A stretch of DNA of 64,000 bases from an uncultured delta proteobacterium (GCA_963754925.1 CAVWHX010000003.1:705908-769907), one strand, 5' to 3'. Shown: positions 50,635 to 61,191, counted from the first letter of the stretch. Notes: generated by a model not told the origin, from the letters alone. Translations and numbers: made by a program.

Positions 50635-51765
50635 TCACGTATAAAAGATTAAACTAAAGATACAGTCGGCCACAATCACCATAAAGATGGACACCACCAC
50701 CGAACGGGTCGTCGAACGTCCCACCCCTTCGGCGCCGCCGCTGGTGCCGAGCCCGACATGGGCGGCAACCACCAGGATGATCCAGCCAAACACAACGCTT
50801 TTTATAAGACCGGTAACCACGTCCCTGATCTCCATTACCTCGCCGGCTCGCTGGATAAACGCAACAAAGGGCACCTGCAGCGCCGTTATCGCGATCAGCA
50901 TGCCGCCCAGCAATCCGAAGGCATCCGCCACGAGGGTCAGCATCGGCTGGGTCGTCGACACCGCATACAGCTTGGGCACCACGAGAAACCGCACCGGGGA
51001 AAATCCCATCGCCTCGAGCGCATCGATCTCCTCGGTCACGCGCATCGTGGCGATTTCCGCCGCAATCGCCGATCCCGAGCGACCGGCCACAATTATCGCC
51101 GTTATCAGCGGACCCATTTCGCGCGTCATGGCGATGGCCACGAGATCAGCCACGTAGATATTGCCCCCAAATTGGCGGAGCTGACTCAGCGAGAGCAACG
51201 CCATGGTGGCGCCAATCAGCACCGCCAACAACGCCACAATGCCAAACGCGCGTTCGCCTAAGATCATGGTCTGGCGCTGCGTCTCGCCGGCCGGGGCCCC
51301 CGAAAGCTTGCCAAAAGGGCCCGCCAACGCCCAATATAACGTATCGGCCAACATAACGACCAGACGGCGTGTTTCCTGCCACCAGCCCAGGGTACGATCG
51401 CCAAGGTACTCCAAAAACCCGGGCGGCCGATGGAGCTTCTCGGCGGTCTCGCCCTGAAAGCGAAAGAGCGCGAGCGCGGCACGCGCCGCATCGCTTGCGC
51501 GAACCAAGTTCAACCGGCAACCGCGCGCCTCGGCGATGGCCAACGACTCGGCCAGCACCGCCACTCCGGCGCTATCGAGGTACGCCACCTCGCCCAGATC
51601 CAGCCCGACCGTCCCGCCCGCGTTCGGCAGCCATGAACGCACCCAGTCCAAAACCACCGAAGCCGAGTCACTCGTCAGGCGCCCACGCACCAGCAGCCGT
51701 GTGCGGCCGTCTTCGACGAAGCGTTCGACGGTAGCGTGCTGAACAGATTCCATGTATCCACTCAT
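50635..51765 (-). CDS. mlaE: STAS-MlaE fusion permease
   Basis: YLDSAG (STAS); REMGPLITAIIVAGRSGS, EEIDAL and GVGRSTT motifs. Confidence 0.9.
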   Translation of the reverse strand: MSGYMESVQHATVERFVEDGRTRLLVRGRLTSDSASVVLDWVRSWLPNAGGTVGLDLGEVAYLDSAGVAVLAESLAIAEARGCRLNLVRASDAARAALALFRFQGETAEKLHRPPGFLEYLGDRTLGWWQETRRLVVMLADTLYWALAGPFGKLSGAPAGETQRQTMILGERAFGIVALLAVLIGATMALLSLSQLRQFGGNIYVADLVAIAMTREMGPLITAIIVAGRSGSAIAAEIATMRVTEEIDALEAMGFSPVRFLVVPKLYAVSTTQPMLTLVADAFGLLGGMLIAITALQVPFVAFIQRAGEVMEIRDVVTGLIKSVVFGWIILVVAAHVGLGTSGGAEGVGRSTTRSVVVSIFMVIVADCIFSLIFYT

Positions 51766-51890
51766 ACTCCCTAAGGGACAAGAGATTGTACGCTACGCTT
51801 GCTATAATCTCTAACACAGGATTCCTCAACGGGTCAAAATCCATTTAACTAACCGTCATACTATTATTACTAAATTGGTTAAACCTTAAC

Positions 51891-51919
51891 TTGCCCGTGT
51901 CAATTGCCTCGTGTATAAC
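51891..51919 (+). promoter_or_regulatory. Promoter of the tRNA pair
   Basis: TTGCCC-17 nt-TATAAC, 9 nt before tRNA-Pro, with an AT-rich upstream region. Confidence 0.55.
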
Positions 51920-51928
51920 GTCACCCGC

Positions 51929-52003
51929 CGGGGCGTAGCGCAGTCTGGTTAGCGCGCCTGCCTTGGGAGCAGGAGGTCGGCGGTTCGAATCCGCCCGCCC
52001 CGA
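51929..52003 (+). tRNA. tRNA-Pro(TGG), CCA not encoded
   Basis: Acceptor CGGGGCG/CGCCCCG; anticodon arm CCTGC-CTTGGGA-GCAGG; GTTCGAATC T loop. Confidence 0.95.
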
Positions 52004-52045
52004 TTGAACAAACTGGTCTTACGACCAGTCCCAAGGACCGATGAT

Positions 52046-52119
52046 GCGCCTGTAGCTCACTTGGATAGAGCAACGGCCTTCTAAGCCGTGGGCAGCAGGT
52101 TCGAATCCTGCCAGGCGCG
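52046..52119 (+). tRNA. tRNA-Arg(TCT), CCA not encoded
   Basis: Acceptor GCGCCTG/CAGGCGC; anticodon arm ACGGC-CTTCTAA-GCCGT; GTTCGAATC T loop. Confidence 0.95.
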
Positions 52120-52407
52120 TTATGTTAGAAGTAGTTGTCGCGCTCAAAGCGATTGGCGAGGCTGAAAATAACCTCGCGCAGTGCCGAAACCTCCAACAAT
52201 GGTGCTCGGAGCCGTTTGTTACCTTAGGCCCTTAACCTGTAACATGGCGTATTCAAATATTAAATTAAATATAAAACATTTTTTTGATTCGCCGACATTT
52301 TGTCTGTTTTTCTTATTGACGCTTATGAAGAATTCCTTATATTATTAACACGATCGAGGCTGTATCCTGACAACACTCTCAGATAATCTAAAAGTAGGAG
52401 TGCGGGG

Positions 52408-53019
52408 ATGGCGTATGAAAGGCCCAGCTGGCGGGAAATAGATAAGATGAAAGATCAGAGTGGTGGTCGTCGAAAACGCGAGCGCCGAGTGGACGATGCA
52501 ATTCAAGAACACTCGACCCGCTACGACAAATACAAGTCTGAATTGCACCGCTTGTTTGACCAGGGCATGACCGGCGAGCTGACTTAAAAACTCGGTAAGG
52601 ATTCTAGTTCATCCAACGCCACCGGTTCGCATGCTCCCGCGGCTCATCCCGGGAAACCAAAAGATACCAGCGCCCGACGGGCTGGACGCATTTCACCAAA
52701 GAACGACGCCTCGGCCAGCCGGCTCAAGCTCATGCGAGCGGTGACCGATGCTTCAGATCAGGCTGGTTTGATCCAAGCGTTGGATAATTTGGTGAATCGT
52801 TTTGGATTGCCGGATGATTGGGAGGTGCTGATACGGGCTCTTGAGCACCCCGATGAGAAGCTCGTTCTCTCCGCTGTTAACAAGCTGCAAAGCCTGACCG
52901 CCGTCACCACTAAGATCTCTCGCCGTTTCACGTTAAAAGAACGCCTGCGCGCCATTGCCCAAACAGCGAAAAAGCTTGCGTTGTGTGAGGCCGCATCCGA
53001 GCTGGAAAACAGAATTTAG
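52408..53019 (+). CDS. Hypothetical protein interrupted by an in-frame TAA near 52585
   Basis: AGGAG SD; MAYERPSWREIDK...GELT* continues in the same frame into the 52732 ORF. Confidence 0.55.
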
Positions 53020-53031
53020 AGGAAAAAATCT

Positions 53032-53337
53032 ATGAGCGAGAATAAAACAGCCGATCAGAAAAAGGTCAGCATCCAAATCCAGATCGATGACGATGTGGCC
53101 CAAGGTTTATACACCAATCTGGCAATGGTCAATCACAACGAGACTGAGTTCACCCTGGATTTTATCTTTGTTCAGCCCCAACAGCCGCGGGCAAAGGTGC
53201 GGGCGCGGATTATATCGAGCCCGAAACACACCAAGCGGTTACTTGAGGCGCTCAAGGACAATGTCACGAAGTATGAGAAACGTTTCGGGACTATCGATAT
53301 TAGCGGCCCGTCTCCCCAGGAAGAGTTCTTGAATTAA
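53032..53337 (+). CDS. DUF3467 family protein
   Basis: GLYTNLAMVNH..TEFTLDF...ARIISSP.HTKRL...YE..FG.I pattern. Confidence 0.85.
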   Translation: MSENKTADQKKVSIQIQIDDDVAQGLYTNLAMVNHNETEFTLDFIFVQPQQPRAKVRARIISSPKHTKRLLEALKDNVTKYEKRFGTIDISGPSPQEEFLN

Positions 53338-53451
53338 CACCCCCTCGCATAGCACGGTTTGCCGCGAAGCCTCATCCACGCGATAAGAAAAATTCAAATC
53401 CACCCATCAACATGGTACTATAAAATATAAATTCTTAGGCGCGGCCGGGTC

Positions 53452-55209
53452 TTGCATCAAATCGGGGCGTTGACAACGGTGGAGAAACCATTTGGAAAGT
53501 ATCTTCTTTTGGGACGGTTGGGCGGTGGGGGTATGGCCGAGGTGTTTCGCGCACGGCTCAAGGGTCTCGAGGGTTTCGAAAAGCTGGTCGCGCTGAAACT
53601 AATCCTCCGAAGTTACTCCAACGACCCTGAATTCGTTCGCATGTTTGTCCAAGAGGCAAGCCTATCGGCCCGTCTCGACCATGCCAACATCGTAAGAGTT
53701 TACGAGTTTGATCAAGTCGATGACACCTACTACATCGCCATGGAATTGGTGGATGGGCACGACCTGCGCACGGTATTACTACGCTGCCGGGAGTTGGGTC
53801 GCGCACTTTCAGTGCCCGAGACCTTGGTTATAGCGCTTGAAATTTGCAAGGGATTGGCTTTTGCGCATGGTGAGCTTCGGCCGGGAGCGCCCGAAATAGT
53901 CCACCGCGATATCAGCCCGCACAATATAATTCTCTCCAGGGCGGGCGAAGTGAAGATCACGGACTTCGGGATCGCTAAATTGGCCTCGGCCGCCTCGCGC
54001 ACAAAAACCGGCTTGATCAAGGGCAAGGTCGGCTACATGTCCCCAGAACAAGCGCGCGGTGAGTCGGTCGACCGGCGTACCGATCTCTTCGCGCTCGGAT
54101 GCCTCCTCTGGGAGATGCTTACGGGCAGGCGTCTGTTCAGCGGCGAAAACGATCAGGCCGTCTTATATAACCTCCAAACGATGGCCCTCACGCCGGTGTC
54201 ATTTTACAACGGCGAAGTCGGCAACAATATTGACGAATTACTCACCGGCCTCCTGCAGCGAGACCCAGAACGACGCATTAACTCGGCCAAAGAAGTATTG
54301 ACGGTGATCGATCGCATCTTACAAGGGTACCCCACGATCCAACGTTCGACACTTCTCCCTGAGTTGTATCACGCACTTTTCTCAGACGTTTCAGAAAAGC
54401 CGACAACGCAAGTGCTGTCGTTACAGCAACCGGTTGCCGAAGAACGCACCACCCCGACGCGCGACGCCACGGTCGAAACAAAAAGTGAGCCCACAACGAA
54501 TGCGTCACTATCCGATACGTCGACCACTCCCTTCCAAAAAAACGCATTGGATGATTTAGAAAATCAACCGATGATAGCCAGACGGCGGGGTGGCAAAAAA
54601 GGGTTTTTGACCGGTCTGGTCATCGCAGCAGGATTGATAGTGATTGGTTTTATTGGGTATGGAGTATGGGGCAATCTTGACCAGAATTACCGTTCGCCTG
54701 AGTTAACCGCTACGGCTGAACCCGCGTCTGCGCCGATCGCGAATCCACTGGCGCAGCCCGAACATCAACCCGCTGCCGGCCTCGAAGCTGTCCCGGCCAC
54801 GTCGCCACAAACGGACCCTGCGGAAGATAATCCCCCTGCTTCCCCTAAGACCACAACACCCGCTGCATCGTCCGACCAATCGCAGCCGGCTTCAGAAACA
54901 AATTCCGTCCTTCAACCTGCTACTCCCCCGATGAAAACTCCAGCTCCCGCTTCATCGCGGGCGGAACGTCCCGACAAACAAACCATCGCCCTCCCGCCGG
55001 GAAGCGGCTTGTTGCAATTGTATTCGACGCCGCCCAGCCTGGTTTACGATGGGGACAAACTACTGGGTCAAACGCTGCTTGAAATAGTTCTTCCGGCCGG
55101 GGAATACACATTTTTGTTGGTTAGCATCAAGGACAAAGAAACAACCAGAAGGGTAAAGGTCACCGTCCGTCCCCAACAGATTACGAGAAATAAATTCGTG
55201 GTGAGATAA
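53452..55209 (+). CDS. Membrane Ser/Thr protein kinase with a PEGA-like C-terminus
   Basis: FGKYLL, GGMAEV, HRDISPHN, DFG and YMSPEQ motifs; TM helix; Pro/Ala/Thr-rich linker. Confidence 0.92.
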   Translation: MHQIGALTTVEKPFGKYLLLGRLGGGGMAEVFRARLKGLEGFEKLVALKLILRSYSNDPEFVRMFVQEASLSARLDHANIVRVYEFDQVDDTYYIAMELVDGHDLRTVLLRCRELGRALSVPETLVIALEICKGLAFAHGELRPGAPEIVHRDISPHNIILSRAGEVKITDFGIAKLASAASRTKTGLIKGKVGYMSPEQARGESVDRRTDLFALGCLLWEMLTGRRLFSGENDQAVLYNLQTMALTPVSFYNGEVGNNIDELLTGLLQRDPERRINSAKEVLTVIDRILQGYPTIQRSTLLPELYHALFSDVSEKPTTQVLSLQQPVAEERTTPTRDATVETKSEPTTNASLSDTSTTPFQKNALDDLENQPMIARRRGGKKGFLTGLVIAAGLIVIGFIGYGVWGNLDQNYRSPELTATAEPASAPIANPLAQPEHQPAAGLEAVPATSPQTDPAEDNPPASPKTTTPAASSDQSQPASETNSVLQPATPPMKTPAPASSRAERPDKQTIALPPGSGLLQLYSTPPSLVYDGDKLLGQTLLEIVLPAGEYTFLLVSIKDKETTRRVKVTVRPQQITRNKFVVR

Positions 55210-55402
55210 AGCGATCCTAGTTCTAACCGCTTCCATACTAACGGTGACAATATATTCTGATCAACTCGAAGGCTCCACATTCCGAACCGCGTGAAAAGGC
55301 CACTGAGCCAGAAGCATTAGACAAGCCAATGTTCACAGAGTCAACATCGGGGCAGCAACAACATGATCGATTGAATGATGATGAAATTTGCTGATTCGGT
55401 TT

Positions 55403-55900
55403 TCATGTTGGCTTCTTATTGTACTTAGAAGGGCCATTTACTAGGAAAGAAATTATCTTACTCCACCGTTTTGAGCGGTTATTTGATTTTGGTGTGAAAG
55501 GCCAAAGCGCCAACAGCATAAAGCAGGCTGGCGTCCACAAGGTCAATAATGGCAAAACGAGAATTATAGAAACGACGCCCCACGACGTAAGTGTATCTAG
55601 TATAAAAAATAGCACAAACAAAAGAACAGCCCAGGCAAGACAACTAACTACCAAAACCACAATAAAAGCTATCAGGAACCGCAAAATCCCCATGCGTTGA
55701 ATGGTCTGCTTTATCGTAATTCCAATAACTACTACAGATGCAAGCGGAATACATACCCAAGGTAGCAATCCTAAAGGATTATCAAGATCATCAGATAAAT
55801 AAAGTAAATAATAAGGCGTATAGCAAAAAGCACAGGTTACTACATTCAAAACAAGAAAAATCAAGACCCGATCGTACCATTTTTCAATCGTAATCAGCAT
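55403..55900 (-). CDS. Four-TM membrane protein (candidate immunity protein)
   Basis: Hydrophobic, AT-rich, starts 8 nt after the upstream stop. Confidence 0.6.
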   Translation of the reverse strand: MLITIEKWYDRVLIFLVLNVVTCAFCYTPYYLLYLSDDLDNPLGLLPWVCIPLASVVVIGITIKQTIQRMGILRFLIAFIVVLVVSCLAWAVLLFVLFFILDTLTSWGVVSIILVLPLLTLWTPACFMLLALWPFTPKSNNRSKRWSKIISFLVNGPSKYNKKPT

Positions 55901-55908
55901 GGTTAGCT

Positions 55909-57795
55909 CTACTCACCAATTTTGGGTTCAATGATGCAACGGTACATCTTGCAGTCGTGAGTATGTGCCATTACATAGATGGTGAAGGGTTGTTTCTTTT
56001 GTTCGACCCGCAAATTCAGGTTAACTAAACTGGCACCAAGCAAATATGAATCACGTTCCGAAGGATGGCCAACACCGTGCACCCAGCGAAAAAACGGTTC
56101 AAAACTTCGGGCAGGCGGGAATGCATAGGTGGCAATATTCAAAAGAAAGTTTCCACCATCTCTGTTGTCAAAATTTTCTCGGTCGAATCGGTGACCATGC
56201 TCGCAGAAGATGTTTCCGTTTTGCCCAGTAAAATATGCGTACCGATCTGGCTGCCTAAGCTGTACCGTTACACAAGGCTCCCGCAAGTAATCATCATGAT
56301 TACCCCAAAGGAACCTAACTTCTGCAAAATCGCCTTCCCATATCTCTTGTAGCGACCGAAAGGTCGGGACATTGCCGTCGATCACATCTTTGCCCCATTC
56401 AATCGCTCTGTTCGGCGCATCGTCGTCAACCCATTCTGGCACGTTGTATCCCTCTTTGAAGAGGTACGGATGACCTATCCACATCTCGAACATATCCCCG
56501 GTTTGGATAAAATGAAGCAACTTTTTAGTGCCAGGTGAAAGCCGTCGAATACCCAACAGGAAAGTGCCTAGATCAACGTGCGCGTGTTTGAATATATTAG
56601 GATCGCCGAGCTTGTCGAGTATCGGCGCGCGCATCAACCACGTCAAAGGAGGCAAGTGCAGATCACCAAGGAATAAATATAGATCCGAATCCTCTTTTGG
56701 CCTTCGGGTCTCATCGCCAGAGTAAGCATAGGTGATAACCTGAATCCCACATCCCTGATCGAGCATCTCACGAAAGAACTGCTGCACGCTGGGCACTCGA
56801 CTATTTGGCGCCTTTTTTTCTTTGGTATACTTGCAAAGGTAAACATGCGGGCCACACACCAGGCCGAAGTTGCGGCACTTCGTTTGATTGCCGTCCGCAT
56901 TGTCCGCCCAACACCCAACGTCAATATATATGAAGCTTGCATGCTCCTTGATCGCCGCGCGCTTGTCTTCCGAAACGTCGCAGATCCTCTTGTCGAACGC
57001 GACGACGTGTGAACACTTGAGCGCGCCCTCCTCGTATTTGAATCGAAGACCATCGCCATCCTTAAGTGAAGGGTCATGCGTGTATTTCAGGAGAGGGACG
57101 TCAACATCTGCCTTTTTGTTTACATCATCCTCGATAAAGAATTCCCGCTTTACCCTGATGGTATGCACCCGGTTAGTTTCAAAGCCTTTCTGCGACCACT
57201 TCTTCGGAATATAGATGATGTCGGACGTATGCAGGTCTTCGTTCGGCGTGTAGATTCCTTCCCGCGGCCAATTGAACGTGGTCAGAGCATCCCGACCGAT
57301 GCCCGCCGCGTTCGCCAGCTTCCTGAACGAATCTCCTTTTTGAACCACGTGCTTCTCAACGTTGACTATTCGATATCGATTTCTCGGCTCCGGATCGGGA
57401 ATGCTCTCAGGCTTCGCACCCTCTTTCGGTTTCTCAATTGGCGTATCCCCGACACCGACAAACAATAAGGTGTTTTTAAGAGTGAGATCGTTAATATCGC
57501 CCGAGACTTCACACTCGCCCGATGCAAGTCCCAATGACTCTACCAAACCCGATCGCCGGGTCTCGTGCGGTTCGATAAATCCTCCCGGAACTGTTATGTC
57601 CAGAATAACCCCGGGGACAACTCTCCCGGTCTGATCGTCGACAACCTTTATTTTAATCCAGTCCTCCGCCGGCGCTTTGGGCGGTTCGGGCGCCTTTTGT
57701 TCGTTCTCCTTCTTAATATAGTTTGGATCGCGCGGAATCCAGACTCCGTACCGAATGCCGCACGGCCCGCGAATAGCATCTTCCCAGTCGTCCAT
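55909..57795 (-). CDS. Multidomain protein: N-terminal beta-rich domain, LysM, and calcineurin-like metallophosphoesterase
   Basis: HVVQKGDSFRKLA...N...L...DIIYIP (LysM); GDLH, GDMFE, GNHD, EHGH and AHTH motifs. Confidence 0.75.
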   Translation of the reverse strand: MDDWEDAIRGPCGIRYGVWIPRDPNYIKKENEQKAPEPPKAPAEDWIKIKVVDDQTGRVVPGVILDITVPGGFIEPHETRRSGLVESLGLASGECEVSGDINDLTLKNTLLFVGVGDTPIEKPKEGAKPESIPDPEPRNRYRIVNVEKHVVQKGDSFRKLANAAGIGRDALTTFNWPREGIYTPNEDLHTSDIIYIPKKWSQKGFETNRVHTIRVKREFFIEDDVNKKADVDVPLLKYTHDPSLKDGDGLRFKYEEGALKCSHVVAFDKRICDVSEDKRAAIKEHASFIYIDVGCWADNADGNQTKCRNFGLVCGPHVYLCKYTKEKKAPNSRVPSVQQFFREMLDQGCGIQVITYAYSGDETRRPKEDSDLYLFLGDLHLPPLTWLMRAPILDKLGDPNIFKHAHVDLGTFLLGIRRLSPGTKKLLHFIQTGDMFEMWIGHPYLFKEGYNVPEWVDDDAPNRAIEWGKDVIDGNVPTFRSLQEIWEGDFAEVRFLWGNHDDYLREPCVTVQLRQPDRYAYFTGQNGNIFCEHGHRFDRENFDNRDGGNFLLNIATYAFPPARSFEPFFRWVHGVGHPSERDSYLLGASLVNLNLRVEQKKQPFTIYVMAHTHDCKMYRCIIEPKIGE

Positions 57796-58113
57796 CGAAC
57801 CATCCTATGTGAAAAGTTACCAAACCTTCTTACGTCCTCACTATGTGTCTTAGAGAACAGCAATCGCTGTGCCAGGTTCTCAAAAAGAAACGAAATCACC
57901 AGGCTTGTTTATGGTAACCGCATATAATAATTGCACTATTTATTGCGGCCGCGATTATCGGCAAACCTGTCTCAAACCCAGTCCCGTTTAGGCCACCGTA
58001 CAGGTTTCGGACACCCCGTCGGACAGTTGACCGATAATACTTTTCGAGAAAAATAATTAGCAGAAGCCGCAACACTCCGCGAATGCCTTGATTTGGTTTT
58101 ACATTTTGTTAAC

Positions 58114-58162
58114 TTGACAAAAAGATAAAAAGGCATATTTTGGAGTTACTAACTCCAAAATA
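58114..58162 (+). promoter_or_regulatory. Promoter with a perfect 13-bp inverted-repeat operator
   Basis: TTGACA at 58114; TATTTTGGAGTTA-C-TAACTCCAAAATA at 58136-58162. Confidence 0.6.
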
Positions 58163-58171
58163 GGATATAAA

Positions 58172-59317
58172 TTGGAATCGAATATACCAAGATTTTTCAA
58201 AGCGCCTCAGCAAAGCTTTTTTCTCTTTGGGCCTCGCGGTACCGGTAAATCAACTTGGCTGAGAAACAATTACCCGGATGCATTATGGGTCGACCTCCTA
58301 GAACCGGAGACCTTTCGTTCGCTCAGCGCCAGGCCGGAGCGATTACGGGAATTGGTTTTGGGCAATCGAGACAAAAAAATTGTGGTCATTGACGAGGTGC
58401 AAAAGATTCCCGAGCTTCTGAGTTTAGTTCACACACTGATTGAGAGCGATAAGACCCGCCGATTTATTTTGACCGGCTCGAGTGCGCGAAAATTGAAAAA
58501 AACGGGAGTCGATCTGCTGGCCGGACGGGTGTTACTCCGAACCATGCATCCGTTTGTGGCCGGCGAACTCGGATCAGGTTTCGATCTGATACAAGCATTA
58601 TCAGTGGGTCTTGTCCCACTGGTTACCTGCGCTCCTTCGCCTTCCGACGTGTTACGAACCTATGCGGCGCTGTATGTGCAAGAAGAAGTCAAAATGGAGG
58701 GTCTCACCCGGAACGTCGGTGACTTCTCACGCTTTCTGGAGGCAATTACCTTCTCGCACGGTAGCGAGCTTAATCTCAGTAATATCGCACGTGAGTGCGA
58801 GGTGCACCGTAAGGTTGTCGGAAGTTACGTACAGATTTTGGAAGATCTCCTGCTTTCGTTCACCGTGCCGGTGTTCACCAAACGAGCCAAGCGCGCGACG
58901 GTCAGTAGGCCAAAATTCTATCTCTTTGATGCCGGTGTTTATCGTTCGCTGCGTCCGGCTGGACCTCTCGATCGCTCGGAAGAGATAGAAGGTTGTAGTC
59001 TCGAGGGGTTGGTGGCACAGCATCTGCGGGCGATTATCGCCTACCGAAATGACGACAGCCGGTTATACTACTGGAGAACGCGGAGCGGGCTCGAAGTTGA
59101 CCTGGTTTTGTATGGGTCGAGTACGTTCAAAGCGATCGAGGTCAAAAACACAACCCGCATAAGACCTGCCGATACTCGTGCACTTCGAGCATTTAAGGAA
59201 GAATATCCGGAGTCCGAGGCAATCCTTCTGTATCGAGGAAAAGAACGCCTCGCCATGGGGGATGTGCGTTGCATGCCCTGCGAGGAGTTTCCGCGATCGC
59301 TGTCTATGGCCGGCTAA
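58172..59317 (+). CDS. AAA_14/DUF4143 ATPase
   Basis: GPRGTGKST, IDEVQK, LTGSSARKL, KFYLFDAG and YWRT..G.EVD...AIEVK motifs. Confidence 0.9.
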   Translation: MESNIPRFFKAPQQSFFLFGPRGTGKSTWLRNNYPDALWVDLLEPETFRSLSARPERLRELVLGNRDKKIVVIDEVQKIPELLSLVHTLIESDKTRRFILTGSSARKLKKTGVDLLAGRVLLRTMHPFVAGELGSGFDLIQALSVGLVPLVTCAPSPSDVLRTYAALYVQEEVKMEGLTRNVGDFSRFLEAITFSHGSELNLSNIARECEVHRKVVGSYVQILEDLLLSFTVPVFTKRAKRATVSRPKFYLFDAGVYRSLRPAGPLDRSEEIEGCSLEGLVAQHLRAIIAYRNDDSRLYYWRTRSGLEVDLVLYGSSTFKAIEVKNTTRIRPADTRALRAFKEEYPESEAILLYRGKERLAMGDVRCMPCEEFPRSLSMAG

Positions 59318-59501
59318 CGAGAAAGAGATTTAGAAAAAAATCGAACCACCCGATGTATCAGTTTCAGTCACCAGGTCGGACAGATATTTTTATTCTATTT
59401 TTTTGACTCAACTCCTTTCTTTGCGTACAGTAGAAATGAATTTATGTGTCAAGGCTAGAGCAGGGCGCCATCTAAATCTGAATCTTTTCTGAGGTCAGAT
59501 T

Positions 59502-60119
59502 GTGGATACGACAGCGAACGAACCTTTGGTACGGTGCCTCGTTATCCAAAACAGGCTCAAAAACTTGAATTTAGTCGCCGATAAAGAAGCTATAAAGAGG
59601 ATACTTGCAAGAATTCCTAAGGAAACCTTAAAGACTGTTCAGGAGGCAAAAAAAGATCAATGGCTTCCAGGTACCTTATTTTCTGATATTAATTATTGTA
59701 TCGCGGCAGAAATTGGCGAAGAGGGCGTATATAATTTGTCGCGTAAAGCCTTTAATAAGATTATCTACTCATCTATTGTAACTCCTCTGTTCCGAGCTGC
59801 ATTGAACATTTTCAAGATTCAACCCAAAACGTTCTTTAAGCTTGTCCCGTTGTTTTGGAAATCCATTTATCGAAATTACGGAGAAGTATCTATCATTGAA
59901 AGAGGCCCAAACCAGATACAAATCTTGTTTCACGACGCACCATCAATTTTCGCTGGAAAACGCGTCCATTTGATGGGCGTAGCCGGAGCAATAGAGGGTT
60001 TAATTTCAGTCAGTGGAGCGAGGCCAATCGTAATTCTCGAGAATCATTCCGGAGAAACTCATCAAGCGAGTTTCATGCTTGCCTGGGAGTCGAATTTCTC
60101 GAATCTGGTTAGTAAATAA
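59502..60119 (+). CDS. Hypothetical protein (V4R/HNOB-like myxobacterial family, tentative)
   Basis: W.P...; P.FW...Y..YGE; G.IEG patterns; GAGGT SD. Confidence 0.5.
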   Translation: MDTTANEPLVRCLVIQNRLKNLNLVADKEAIKRILARIPKETLKTVQEAKKDQWLPGTLFSDINYCIAAEIGEEGVYNLSRKAFNKIIYSSIVTPLFRAALNIFKIQPKTFFKLVPLFWKSIYRNYGEVSIIERGPNQIQILFHDAPSIFAGKRVHLMGVAGAIEGLISVSGARPIVILENHSGETHQASFMLAWESNFSNLVSK

Positions 60120-60338
60120 AGATGTCATGCCTATCGCAATACAGACCAAAACCGATAACTTTAAATTTCGATTTACTTACGGTAACTTGGCCGTTATGTA
60201 AATGAAATCGTTTCTCACCAACAGGTAATCAGTTCGAACTTCTTGCAAGGTATTGGCTTTTAGTGGTAAAGGAAGCACAATATACACGAATTATCATAAC
60301 CATATGAGGTAAAATTTTTTAAACAGAAAGAGGGTCCC

Positions 60339-61189
60339 ATGAACGGGAGGACTCACTATAATCATGTTACTGATGCATGGAAAGAATTTATGGGAAATAA
60401 TCTGCATTTCGGATATTTTGAAAAAGAAGGGGTTACCTTAGCCGACGCCACTGATTCATTAATCGATAAATTGATTAGTCTTTGTAAAGTTAACGAAAAT
60501 AGCAGAATACTTGATGTCGGTTGCGGAATTGGTAACCCAGCTTTTTATCTCCATGAGCGTTATCGGTGCAAAATTACTGGGATCTCTACCAGTGAACGAG
60601 GAGTTCAACTGGCTAATGTGGCCTGTAAGGAAAAGGGATACCATGATGTGGAATTCTTGGTGGCCGATGGATGTAACAATCATTTACCGAGCAACACATT
60701 CGATATAGTATGGATTATGGAATCATCACACTTGATGTCAAAAAAACGTCTATTCAGAGAGTGTTACAGAGTTCTAAAACAACATGGTATACTACTAATC
60801 TGCGATTTGGTAATCTTGAAAATGCCACCATTTTTGGAGAAGATACCGCGTGTTTTCCTATTCCTTCACAGGTATATCAATTTGTTAAGACCTGGGGGAA
60901 TTCAAGTATGAGAACTTTCGGGACCTACTGCAATGCACTCGTAGAGGCCGGATTTCATGATATTTCATTGATAAATATCACTGAAAAAACATTCCCTACG
61001 CTAAAATGTTGGCAAGAAAATGCCCATCGTTTCAGCGATAAAGCGATTAATAATTTTTCCAAAAAAGATGCCCATCAGTTTGTTAAGGGATGCAACTTTC
61101 TCGCAGATTACTTCAAGGAAGGTATAGTGGGATATGGGATAATAAAGGCTTCTAAGTTGAATTTGACTTTTAAAGAAGGGATATCTTAA
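60339..61189 (+). CDS. SAM-dependent methyltransferase (tocopherol/sterol-MT-like); frameshift near 60888
   Basis: NLHFGYF, LDVGCGIG and FDIVWIMESSHLM motifs. The C-terminus (KTWG...EAGF.DI...NITEKT.PT...W) lies in the adjacent frame. Confidence 0.8.
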
Positions 61190-61191
61190 TT

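Noticed and set aside
52046..52260. Prophage or ICE integrated at tRNA-Arg
   Set aside because: No integrase and no duplicated tRNA 3' end were found in the window.
57955..58015. c-di-GMP-I riboswitch (GGCAAAC...)
   Set aside because: Only an AAACCTGT/ACAGGTTT inverted repeat is present; the GAAA loop and second stem of the motif are missing.
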